The notes beneath the pieces were generated by a model that was not told the DNA's origin, ran no database searches, and worked only from the letters and a program-made list of their open reading frames with translations. Below, piece by piece: positions 38,754 to 47,001 of a stretch of DNA of 64,000 nucleotides; the stretch's first letter is position 1, and every line of letters starts with the position of its first letter. The stretch lies in the IMG/VR virus record IMGVR_UViG_3300032309_003726; one strand, given 5' to 3'. This DNA is from an uncultured virus (IMG/VR IMGVR_UViG_3300032309_003726). Taxonomy: Duplodnaviria > Heunggongvirae > Uroviricota > Caudoviricetes. The position numbers were made by a program, and so were the translations under genes.

Positions 38754-38978
38754 ATGGCAACTTATACAGTAGATCTAACCCCAGCAACCGCTGTGGGAAT
38801 GGCTTCTGAGGGATCTTTAGATACCGTCAGAGACGCTAACGGCAATTCGCTCCAAAGAACTATGTTCGGAGTTCACGTTGTTACAAATAGCGGAAGAAAA
38901 ATGGTTGGTAACGTAAAAGATGGCAGCACATTCACCGATGACATTGCTGGATTATCCTCATATCCCAACATTCGTTAA
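38754..38978 (+). CDS. small putative virion protein (start revised)
   Basis: AAGGAG RBS, MATYTVDLTP..., own late promoter and terminator. Confidence 0.65.
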   Translation: MATYTVDLTPATAVGMASEGSLDTVRDANGNSLQRTMFGVHVVTNSGRKMVGNVKDGSTFTDDIAGLSSYPNIR

Positions 38979-39003
38979 TTAAATTCTTAAATTTTTAGAA
39001 AAC

Positions 39004-39035
39004 AAACGGCTAGTGTTTTAAAACACTAGCCGTTT
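39004..39035. terminator. bidirectional intrinsic terminator (32-bp perfect palindrome)
   Basis: AAACGGCTAGTGTTTTAAAACACTAGCCGTTT between the convergent gene and tRNA-Pro. Confidence 0.8.
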
Positions 39036-39042
39036 TCGTTTC

Positions 39043-39115
39043 TCAGGGCGAGAAGACTCGAACTTCCAACCACTTGCTCCCAAAGCAAGGACGCTACCAA
39101 TTGCGCTACGCCCTG
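39043..39115 (-). tRNA. tRNA-Pro(TGG)
   Basis: Canonical cloverleaf CAGGGCG..GCGC/GCGT..CTTGC TTTGGGA GCAAG..TTCGAGT..CGCCCTG A; no CCA. Confidence 0.93.
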
Positions 39116-39168
39116 TTGTTTTCTTAAATTATAATAGTTTTTTATAAAAAATAATCTAAATAATATTT

Positions 39169-41937
39169 ATGGCCAAAGAAATCAACCTGTCCGCACAATC
39201 AGAGTACTCGGAAGAATCCTCCGGAGGTTTATTTAACGGTGGCTTTTCGAACGTTTCAACAATTTACAACACCGAATCCCCAACGTTAATCTGTTTGAGG
39301 CAAACCCCTGCAACTACCGGGCCAAATGTTGTTGTGAATAATGTTGAGATAAAAAACATAAATGGACAAAATGTTTATGTTTTTGGTGGAGAATACGGAA
39401 GTTACGGGTTGGCCATAGGAACTTACATATTCACCATACCAGAGTCGCACCCTATTGCTTTTTTGAATGTTGGAAGACTACGAATCAATTACATAGGAAC
39501 CAATTTTAAGGGAAACAAGACTGCTCTAGATGGTAATAAATATGACTTTTTCTGGGGTACAGTAACTTTAACAATAACAGCCAACATAGGAACATCACCT
39601 TTAAGTTACCAGTCATACGATAATGGTTATTTGGGCGGTTTAAATAATCTTGTTTATTCAACATCTTGTCTTGGGGCAAACACAGATGTGGTGTTGGGCG
39701 GAGATTCGACAATAAGAAGAATAGCAGCATTTGTAGTTCCTGATAATTTATTCTTTGCCACAGGAGAAGCAGGGGTTAGGGTTCTAAGAAACATTCCGGT
39801 GACAGGGGGCGTTGCTTTAGGTGGATCTGCGGTTCGTTTAAATAATTTTATTGTAGAGGGTTATGGATTAAGAGCAGGTGGTTTGTCCGACGTTGTTGGT
39901 AGATTGTCTAATCCAATCAAAAATTTTGCAAATACAGCAAACAATTTACCAACAGGCGCAAGTGGGGCTGTTGGTTGGAATAACTTAAATGGATCACTTT
40001 TACCAAATGACCTCCAGACAGCGATAGTGACATTCAATTCATCGGTTGGGTCAAGTACATTTTTATATTTATCTAATTTCAAATTAGAAATTCCAGAGTT
40101 TGGTGTGGTACTTGGAATATCGCTTAAAATTAAAAAATATGCCCCCACAGGAGAAATATCAGATTCGTTTGTTGGATTGGTTTGGAGCAATAATGGAATC
40201 AAAGAGATAGTACCAACAAATAAAAAATTAAATGGAAATTGGACATCGTCATCTGTATTGCCACCATATGAATACGGCAGCAATACAGATACGTGGGGGA
40301 AAGTTTGGAATTATAACGAGGTTAACAACGAAGACTTTGGTGTAGTTTTAGAGGTTTTAGGAGATCCAGCACTTAACTCAGTTGGCTTGGTTGATTATGT
40401 AGAAATTTCAGTTTTTTATACTCAAAATATTTTCGAGTTTGGAAGCGGTGGTTTGGTTTTAAACGGAGACTCTGAAAAGAAACAAACGAACAACGTGTCT
40501 GTTGATGTTTCCAAATCACTTAGAGCGTCAGGCTTGTCACTTGTATCTTACCCGACATTTGAGCCAACAAATGGAGTTGGCTTGTCTGGGTCGGCAGTAT
40601 TGGATTTCGAAATAGCAACAGGCACCAGCAATTTAATTTTAGGAGGATCCGCCGTAAATTGGAGAGTTTTAAATGGCAATTGGCAAAACATATCATTGCT
40701 AAGACCCTCACTAGATCCCAACAACCCTGTGATCAATGAAGTTCGTGTAAGACCAACGGGAATAGATGGTCAACTTGAATATGTTTTTAATAATGATCGT
40801 GAATCTAATTTCTATGGACTGCAATCTGGAACATACATTTTAAATGTACCCGAATCTTATCCGATTGCTTTTTTCAATGGACAATTTCCTGCAAGATTAG
40901 CCTATAATGCCGCCCCTGGTTTTAGAATATTCAGATCTATAAGCACGCCTCCACAAAATGGCCGCTCAACTTTATTTGGTTTTGGGCAGATCACAGTAAC
41001 AGTTTCTGGTGGGAACACACCTAGTGCCAACTTCTCAACTCCTGGTCCTTTAAGCTACAGTTCGTTGGATAATGGTTTCTTGGGAGGAGAAAGAAAATTA
41101 GTTTGGGTAAGCGGATCGGCAAAAAATAATACCGATGCGGTGTTGGGTGGAACATCGAATGTGGGAATGTTCAACAACGAAGTGTCCTCAGGCGGGTCGT
41201 CAATTAGTGGATCGGCCGTTGAGCAACTGATCTATAATTCTGATGCAAACGGAGGGGCAACAACATCCGGAGAGGCTGAAAAATCTTTATCTGTCAGCAT
41301 GATTGGCGGTTCTTTTGTTTCGCCCAAATCGGAAAATGTTAAGTCGCACAATGTCGTCATAGACTCTTTTGGACTAATTGCCAGTGGCTTGCTTGATATA
41401 AAACTAATATACAATCAAAGCATCTTTGGATCTTCTATCATCGGGGGCAATTTTGTCATAGGAATTCAACCCTATATTGAAGGAGGAATAAGTTTAAATG
41501 GAGAAAATAAGGAAAATATATATTTCAATACATTCCCAACAAAAGGCGTTGCTTGCAAGGGCTTTCATTCTTTAACACAATTTTATGGACCTCCTACAAT
41601 TACTGGATTTGCAAAGACTGGTGGAAAAGCTCGAAGCGAAAACTTAAAACCTTTCTTGAAAAGAACAACAAGTTATGGCTATGCTTTAGCCAGCGATAAT
41701 ATCCTAAAAACACAAGTAATTAAAAAATCTAAATTAATAGAATTCAAAGAAGAACAACCACAAGAAGTTAACAATTTAAGATCTCAAATTGATGGCGGTT
41801 GGTGTGACGTAGGAGATCCTTGTGATTTTGCTTATGTGCCAAAAATTATAAAAAATAGACAAAAAGGCATCGTTCCAAAAAAACAACCAATTAGAAAAAT
41901 GAGTCGCCAAATAGCAACACTCACAACGCAGCAGTAG
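39169..41937 (+). CDS. large Gly-rich putative virion (tail/fibre) protein with internal duplication
   Basis: Recurring GG..L.G.A motifs; duplicated (H/Y)PIAF..LSY.S.DNG.LGG domain; CTAAATA box upstream. Confidence 0.65.
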   Translation: MAKEINLSAQSEYSEESSGGLFNGGFSNVSTIYNTESPTLICLRQTPATTGPNVVVNNVEIKNINGQNVYVFGGEYGSYGLAIGTYIFTIPESHPIAFLNVGRLRINYIGTNFKGNKTALDGNKYDFFWGTVTLTITANIGTSPLSYQSYDNGYLGGLNNLVYSTSCLGANTDVVLGGDSTIRRIAAFVVPDNLFFATGEAGVRVLRNIPVTGGVALGGSAVRLNNFIVEGYGLRAGGLSDVVGRLSNPIKNFANTANNLPTGASGAVGWNNLNGSLLPNDLQTAIVTFNSSVGSSTFLYLSNFKLEIPEFGVVLGISLKIKKYAPTGEISDSFVGLVWSNNGIKEIVPTNKKLNGNWTSSSVLPPYEYGSNTDTWGKVWNYNEVNNEDFGVVLEVLGDPALNSVGLVDYVEISVFYTQNIFEFGSGGLVLNGDSEKKQTNNVSVDVSKSLRASGLSLVSYPTFEPTNGVGLSGSAVLDFEIATGTSNLILGGSAVNWRVLNGNWQNISLLRPSLDPNNPVINEVRVRPTGIDGQLEYVFNNDRESNFYGLQSGTYILNVPESYPIAFFNGQFPARLAYNAAPGFRIFRSISTPPQNGRSTLFGFGQITVTVSGGNTPSANFSTPGPLSYSSLDNGFLGGERKLVWVSGSAKNNTDAVLGGTSNVGMFNNEVSSGGSSISGSAVEQLIYNSDANGGATTSGEAEKSLSVSMIGGSFVSPKSENVKSHNVVIDSFGLIASGLLDIKLIYNQSIFGSSIIGGNFVIGIQPYIEGGISLNGENKENIYFNTFPTKGVACKGFHSLTQFYGPPTITGFAKTGGKARSENLKPFLKRTTSYGYALASDNILKTQVIKKSKLIEFKEEQPQEVNNLRSQIDGGWCDVGDPCDFAYVPKIIKNRQKGIVPKKQPIRKMSRQIATLTTQQ

Positions 41938-41952
41938 ATTGAATTCTCGTAA

Positions 41953-42573
41953 TCAAGTAACTTCTTGAGATTTTATTTTATCAACTGTGTCTGGGTGGTG
42001 ATACTTTTCAATTCCATGATATCCCGTTGTGTTTAATTCTAATATCACCTCCATAGAAAATTTTTTACAAACTTCTCTCGGGGCAAGATTGCCTATTTTT
42101 TCTTTGTACATAACATCACAGAAAAAAATATCCTCATTAAAATAACTTTTATCAAATAAAAAATTAGAACATATCTCCATCATAATTTTGGGGTTTCTTA
42201 AAGACAAGCCGCCATTGCCGCCATGTTCTTGAAAATCCCAAGGAGATCCAACATAATCATACTCTAAATAATCATCAATATTATTCAAAAGCAAGCCCGA
42301 GTCGTGTTGGCATATTAAAACTCTATCATATTTTTTTTTCACAAAAAAATTCCAAAAATCAAAACTAGTAAGCATTTGATTATAATCATTTGAATCTTTT
42401 ATTTCATTAATACGTTTAAATTTTAAATTTAAGCAATTGTAAAAACTATTCCAAGATTTTTTTGTAGTTAAAACAAAAAAATCCCAATCACATAAATGTC
42501 TTAGGTGATTATTTATAGAATCAATATAATTATCACCAATCCTAGTTTCAATAAAAGAAGCACATTTTTTCAA
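41953..42573 (-). CDS. DUF5672-like putative glycosyltransferase
   Basis: LICQHDS, YDYVGSPW, GGNGGLSLR, NEDIFF, FSME, GYH. Confidence 0.8.
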   Translation of the reverse strand: MKKCASFIETRIGDNYIDSINNHLRHLCDWDFFVLTTKKSWNSFYNCLNLKFKRINEIKDSNDYNQMLTSFDFWNFFVKKKYDRVLICQHDSGLLLNNIDDYLEYDYVGSPWDFQEHGGNGGLSLRNPKIMMEICSNFLFDKSYFNEDIFFCDVMYKEKIGNLAPREVCKKFSMEVILELNTTGYHGIEKYHHPDTVDKIKSQEVT

Positions 42574-42577
42574 AACA

Positions 42578-42898
42578 CTAACCCTTTACTCCACTTTCTT
42601 TTAAAAATTCAAGAGATTGACCACCCTCAAGAACAAAATCATCAGGAACAGCATTTCCCGATATGAGGGCTTCCGCATCACTAGGTATATTAAAAATTTC
42701 TCTTAAATTTTTTCTAACTGATCCAACAGTCTTTCCTGCTAAATCGAAATATTCTTGATTAGCCCCATGAACAACTCTTACCTTGGAATCAGTTTTTGTT
42801 GCTTGAGAAAAAACAACCTCTGTTTTTTCTTGAGTTGGATCTAAGATATCTCTTTTGTTTGTTAGATCGCCTTGATCCGCTCTTCTTTCTTGTGACAT
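42578..42898 (-). CDS. ubiquitin-like (beta-grasp) protein with free C-terminal Gly
   Basis: VRVVHG...LAGKTVGSVR..L...FNIP..AEALISG..V.DD.VL..GQSLEFLKESGVKG*. Confidence 0.8.
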   Translation of the reverse strand: MSQERRADQGDLTNKRDILDPTQEKTEVVFSQATKTDSKVRVVHGANQEYFDLAGKTVGSVRKNLREIFNIPSDAEALISGNAVPDDFVLEGGQSLEFLKESGVKG

Positions 42899-43609
42899 TT
42901 AAAAATTCCTCTTTTCAATTTCTATCTCTGGCGAGGGTCTAGTTCTTAGAGTTTGTATATCAATATAAACTTGATGAAAATTAACATCGTTGTTTTCGTA
43001 TCTTCTAAAACAATTTAACATCATAGAGGCAACGGCAAAATTTGTGAAAAGCAATTGAGGCTCGGACCGGGTGGAGTTTTGACAACCACTATTATTTTTT
43101 AAAGTTGAAGGATTGCTATCTTTTGGATTAGATATTCTTGGATCCAAATCCGTTAAAGATCGTGTGATATCAATTGATTTTTTTCTAGTATAAACTATAA
43201 CATTACCATCTATTAAATCATTTCCTCCACTTATTAAAACAACATTGTCTAATTCTTTGCACCTGTCCGAAACAGTTTTTCTAGTGGAGTGGTTATCTAC
43301 GCATAGAAATATTATATCATTATTTCTTATTAAAGACACCACGTTATCTTCATTCACATATTCGGGCTTATATTTAAAGTGAATGTTTTTAAAAAGGCTT
43401 TGCATTCTCTCAAATGCATCCTTCGCTTTATTTTGAAACAAACTAAAGTTTTGTCTATCTAAATTTTTTTCTTCATAAAAATCGCCATCGATAAAGGTTA
43501 TCTCATATTGTTTTTCGGAGTAAGACAGGTATCTGGAGATTGGGTCCAAAAGATAAGAGCCGATTCCCCCCAAGCCTATAATTTTAATTTTTTCTATATT
43601 ATTTTCCAT
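42899..43609 (-). CDS. E1/ThiF-family adenylyltransferase
   Basis: GLGGIGS, IDGD.YEEKNLDRQ, CVDNHSTR, ISGGN, candidate catalytic Cys in SGC. Confidence 0.9.
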   Translation of the reverse strand: MENNIEKIKIIGLGGIGSYLLDPISRYLSYSEKQYEITFIDGDFYEEKNLDRQNFSLFQNKAKDAFERMQSLFKNIHFKYKPEYVNEDNVVSLIRNNDIIFLCVDNHSTRKTVSDRCKELDNVVLISGGNDLIDGNVIVYTRKKSIDITRSLTDLDPRISNPKDSNPSTLKNNSGCQNSTRSEPQLLFTNFAVASMMLNCFRRYENNDVNFHQVYIDIQTLRTRPSPEIEIEKRNF

Positions 43610-44522
43610 CTTTTGACCCTATTTCAAAAAGTTTATTTGATAATTCAAAGTCACCGCCATCGGGTAATTTTAATAATATTTTGTCTTCTTTTTTTGACAA
43701 AACTTCAAAAGGACCATCGCCAAAATGGTTCCTCAGAGTGGAGGAAAACATACCGTCTTTCCAGTGTGCGTATTGTTTTTTTAGATACTTGTTATTTAAA
43801 GGTTTTACATTTTTCAACCAATCGTTAACTTCTCGCAATAACTCATCCTGTTTTTCATTTTTATGATTGACAAAAATATATCTTTCTTCAAGGTCTGACT
43901 TTTGAATTCCTTGTAAGAAATTTAAAGGATCTACTTCTTTTCTAAATCCATTTATGACTATACTTGCTGTTATGCTGAATTCTTGCTTATCATTGTTGCC
44001 GAAAGTAAAATGAACACCGTCTAAATGTGTCTCGTCTTGAACATCAGTGTGGCTATGAAACGAGTCAAAATCACTGTGGGAGTGGAAAGTACCAACAAAC
44101 AGATAGTCCTTTAAATCCTCTGATTGGTTTAAACTCCAACGTTTGTATTTCACGCTAGTATGGCTAACGGTCTGCTCTGGTACGTGAATCTTAAAATTAT
44201 TTTCTTTTTTATTAAATAATAAATTAACTTCAGATTCTGATGAGAAATTATCGAAAACAATTTTAAAAAATCGTTTAATTTGCCAAACCAAATCTAGTGG
44301 TATTTTTGGCAAATTAAACTCTAGTTTTAAATCGGCTTTGAGATCGTCTAAAAAACTAATTCTATCAACTGGTATGAAACACTTACACAAACCTGTGTCT
44401 TTGTGCATCCAACAACCATTACCAGCAATCACAAAATAATTACCGTTATCTGGCAGTTTCATGTCTTTGTAATAGACATGAACAGGGAAGTCTGGGGTCC
44501 ACTCTTTATTCATTTTTGTCAA
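43599..44522 (-). CDS. JAB/MPN+ metalloprotease (PRTRC protein A-like)
   Basis: SESE..., VPEQ.VS..SV.Y, GTFHSH.DFDSFHS.TD.QDE, DGVH.TFG. Confidence 0.88.
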   Translation of the reverse strand: MTKMNKEWTPDFPVHVYYKDMKLPDNGNYFVIAGNGCWMHKDTGLCKCFIPVDRISFLDDLKADLKLEFNLPKIPLDLVWQIKRFFKIVFDNFSSESEVNLLFNKKENNFKIHVPEQTVSHTSVKYKRWSLNQSEDLKDYLFVGTFHSHSDFDSFHSHTDVQDETHLDGVHFTFGNNDKQEFSITASIVINGFRKEVDPLNFLQGIQKSDLEERYIFVNHKNEKQDELLREVNDWLKNVKPLNNKYLKKQYAHWKDGMFSSTLRNHFGDGPFEVLSKKEDKILLKLPDGGDFELSNKLFEIGSKDGK

Positions 44523-45496
44523 AAATTAGAAACGAGGTAGTCGGCCAATTGATCAACTAAATTTTCTGGTGGTCTATTGTTGAGGTTTTCTATATTTTCG
44601 TTAATTATCTTAACAACTTCTTTCAAAAAATCTTCGGATAGTTCTTGGTATAGTTCTTCTTGTAGTGCTGTGTTTTTTTTATCATTATCAAACATTTTAA
44701 CTATAGTATCACCATAATTAAAATCTGAGTTGTGTGCCCAATTAACACCGTCTATCACAAAAAGTGGATCATTCATAGAATTGGACTGCCAAGAATCCAA
44801 ATTTGACAAACGAATATCGCCTTTCTGAAAATAAGAACGATAATACCAATAATGATCTGCCCATTCATTTGAAAAAACAGAATTCCAAAAATAATTTAAA
44901 ACTAAAGCGGATTGTTGGGTTACATTTCCCTTTTCCAACATAGATTTATCAAAACCTGATCCCAAACAAACGTTTAAGTTTGAGTCGATATTTGGCAAAT
45001 AAGGCTTTAGTGGTTTTTCTTGTAGATTTTTAAGGGGCTTGTCTAAAAAAGAACACTTAACCTCAGCAAACAACCCGTCTACAAATTTAAAAATAAAAAC
45101 AACATAGGGAAGAGATAAAGAATAATTAAAAACTTTAGCTAAGTCAGTTTTGTTTTCAATTAAATCAAAATTATTTAGCTTAAGAACCAAATCGCCTTTG
45201 AATTTTAACAATCTAATTTGAGGTGCAAACTCTTGTACAAGCACCTCGGTGGTTCCTTTGGCGTAATATATTCTAGTAAAATCGGGCATGAGTATTGGCC
45301 CATTATTATCCCACTTACACCAATGTTGTGATTTCTTCCAAGAACAACGTGCAATTTTTGTTTTGAACTGTCTCAGCAAACGATCTAGGAACTCTTCGTT
45401 GTCGCCTTGTAATTCTTGACTCAATCTCTTCCCAGATTTTTTGAGTATTTCCAAGACAAGGTTTTTTGCTTGTTCTTTTGTAATTGACTTAAACAT
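44519..45496 (-). CDS. prokaryotic E2-like protein (Prok-E2 / PRTRC protein B-like)
   Basis: LSLPYVVF...L.PYLPNI....NVCLG (candidate catalytic Cys)...FWNSVFS. Confidence 0.75.
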   Translation of the reverse strand: MFKSITKEQAKNLVLEILKKSGKRLSQELQGDNEEFLDRLLRQFKTKIARCSWKKSQHWCKWDNNGPILMPDFTRIYYAKGTTEVLVQEFAPQIRLLKFKGDLVLKLNNFDLIENKTDLAKVFNYSLSLPYVVFIFKFVDGLFAEVKCSFLDKPLKNLQEKPLKPYLPNIDSNLNVCLGSGFDKSMLEKGNVTQQSALVLNYFWNSVFSNEWADHYWYYRSYFQKGDIRLSNLDSWQSNSMNDPLFVIDGVNWAHNSDFNYGDTIVKMFDNDKKNTALQEELYQELSEDFLKEVVKIINENIENLNNRPPENLVDQLADYLVSNF

Positions 45497-45567
45497 AATC
45501 GTGTACCGCTGTGGGATATGATTAGTTGATAATACTAAATATTAGAGTATTACACAAGGAGGCTGTA

Positions 45568-46284
45568 ATGAGAAAAATTTTAATTGTAATCTTTTTTCTT
45601 TTTGTTTCTGGTTGTACACAAAAAGAAAAAAATTTTTCCCAACTACCTGTCTGGGATTCGAACTATAGTACAACTTACACACAAGAATACGACTCTGGAA
45701 CCCCAGAGGGGGATGAGTTAAAGGATGTACAATGTCCCATACCGATGGATTGCAGAGTTAGAAATTACACAGGTATACAGTGTGTTTTTTCGTCTTTAGA
45801 GTGTTTGGCTCGTTGGGGAGAAATAAAAGAACTTTTAGAGCCAGATCCTTTGACTAGCAGGCCGGGTTGCAAAAGTTACTCTGGTCCCAAAGACGCTTCT
45901 TCTAAATTAGATGCTTTTGGAGTTAAATTTGAAAATGTCTATAACAACAAAAGCAAAGCTATAGAATTATTAAAACGTGCAATGGCAGAGGGCCGTGGTG
46001 CCCTAATGGACGTTCCTGGTCATGCAATAGTGATTTGCCACTACGACGAAAAAAATAAAATTGTAAAAATTATAGACAACTCTGATAGAAGTCTGAGGAT
46101 ACAGAGTTGGAGCATGGATAAGTTTAATAAATTATGGGGAGGCTGGATATTGGTAATCTATGGGAAAAACGATATCTTCCCAGACAGGATTGAGGGTTTG
46201 CTGGAGAAAATACCAATAATAGACAAAAATAACCCACAAGGCGTTTATCCAAAAAATTACATCCCAAAACCACGGAATAATTAG
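45568..46284 (+). CDS. papain-like (C39-type) cysteine peptidase lipoprotein (start revised)
   Basis: AGGAGG RBS; FVSGC lipobox; QCVFSSLE (Cys), GHAIVI (His), IIDNS (Asp). Confidence 0.7.
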   Translation: MRKILIVIFFLFVSGCTQKEKNFSQLPVWDSNYSTTYTQEYDSGTPEGDELKDVQCPIPMDCRVRNYTGIQCVFSSLECLARWGEIKELLEPDPLTSRPGCKSYSGPKDASSKLDAFGVKFENVYNNKSKAIELLKRAMAEGRGALMDVPGHAIVICHYDEKNKIVKIIDNSDRSLRIQSWSMDKFNKLWGGWILVIYGKNDIFPDRIEGLLEKIPIIDKNNPQGVYPKNYIPKPRNN

Positions 46285-46679
46285 TTGTGTCTTGTGTCTT
46301 TGAATCTAGGACAAACAAAAGAGTCGCTAGCTTTGTGATACCCATCAACATACGCTTTATCCGATATTTCTTCTGTTTTTTGTTTTTCTTCTTCTGATAA
46401 TTCCTCAGTTACGTTTGAAGTATACGCCTCAATTTTTTTGTTGCTAACAAGATCTGTTCTTCCAAATTGCATCATGAAAGAATTATATCCCCTTTGATAA
46501 GCCGTCTCATAGATTTTTGATTCATCTATTTTGTTGCTTATTTCGACAACAAAATTATTTTCTTGCTGGGGTTTTTTGTGAGTTAATGAATTAGATTTTT
46601 TGTTTTCTAAACTAGAAATGATGAGAACAAAAAACAAACCTAAAATTAAAGAAACAACAAGGGCAGTTTTAATTTTCAC
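46281..46679 (-). CDS. membrane-anchored hypothetical protein
   Basis: N-terminal TM; YQRGY and YVDGYH motifs. Confidence 0.55.
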   Translation of the reverse strand: MKIKTALVVSLILGLFFVLIISSLENKKSNSLTHKKPQQENNFVVEISNKIDESKIYETAYQRGYNSFMMQFGRTDLVSNKKIEAYTSNVTEELSEEEKQKTEEISDKAYVDGYHKASDSFVCPRFKDTRHN

Positions 46680-46696
46680 AATTTATCTCCAAAAAA

Positions 46697-46759
46697 TGAG
46701 GACAAAATTTTGAACAAGTTCATTAAACCTTTTGATGTAGACCTGCTCGGCATTCCTCA
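46697..46759 (-). ncRNA. Y-RNA-like stem B (putative Ro60 ligand)
   Basis: GAGGAAUGCCGAGCAGGUCUACAUCA...AUGAACUUGUUCAAAAUUUUGUCCUC; covaries with stem A. Confidence 0.65.
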
Positions 46760-46769
46760 AAAACTAAAA

Positions 46770-46833
46770 GCGGACAAAAATTTGCTATAGTCATCTTTCT
46801 TTGGCAATGATGTAGACCATAGCGGCATTCCGC
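46770..46833 (-). ncRNA. Y-RNA-like stem A (putative Ro60 ligand)
   Basis: GCGGAAUGCCGCUAUGGUCUACAUCA...GAUGACUAUAGCAAAUUUUUGUCCGC. Confidence 0.65.
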
Positions 46834-46836
46834 CAA

Positions 46837-46924
46837 AAGACAAGACAGGAGTTGAACCTGCAACCTCCGTCCAAAGATGCAAACCTTCTTACAATGACGG
46901 ACTCTACCGTTGAGCTACTTGTCT
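46837..46924 (-). ncRNA. tRNA-like RNA with 24-nt expanded anticodon loop
   Basis: AGACAAG/CTTGTCT acceptor, GCTC AACGGTA GAGT D-arm, CCGTC-N24-GACGG, GCAGG TTCAACT CCTGT T-arm. Confidence 0.75.
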
Positions 46925-46930
46925 AAATTT

Positions 46931-46958
46931 ATTGTACAGCAAGTTTTTAAATTGTCAA
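46931..46958 (-). promoter_or_regulatory. sigma70-type promoter TTGACA-N16-TACAAT for the RNA unit
   Basis: -10 box ends 6 nt upstream of the tRNA-like 5' end. Confidence 0.7.
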
Positions 46959-47001
46959 TCAAATCACAAAGAAGCATGACGATTTTCCTTAGAAAAACAA
47001 A

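Noticed and set aside
42578..43609. ThiS/ThiF or MoaD/MoeB cofactor-biosynthesis pair
   Set aside because: No thiamine/MoCo/sulfurtransferase genes nearby, the Ubl ends KG rather than GG, and E2-like and JAB genes are in the same operon
46697..46833. Mini CRISPR array
   Set aside because: Only two imperfect copies with covarying internal stems, no repeat-spacer periodicity and no cas genes; better explained as structured RNAs
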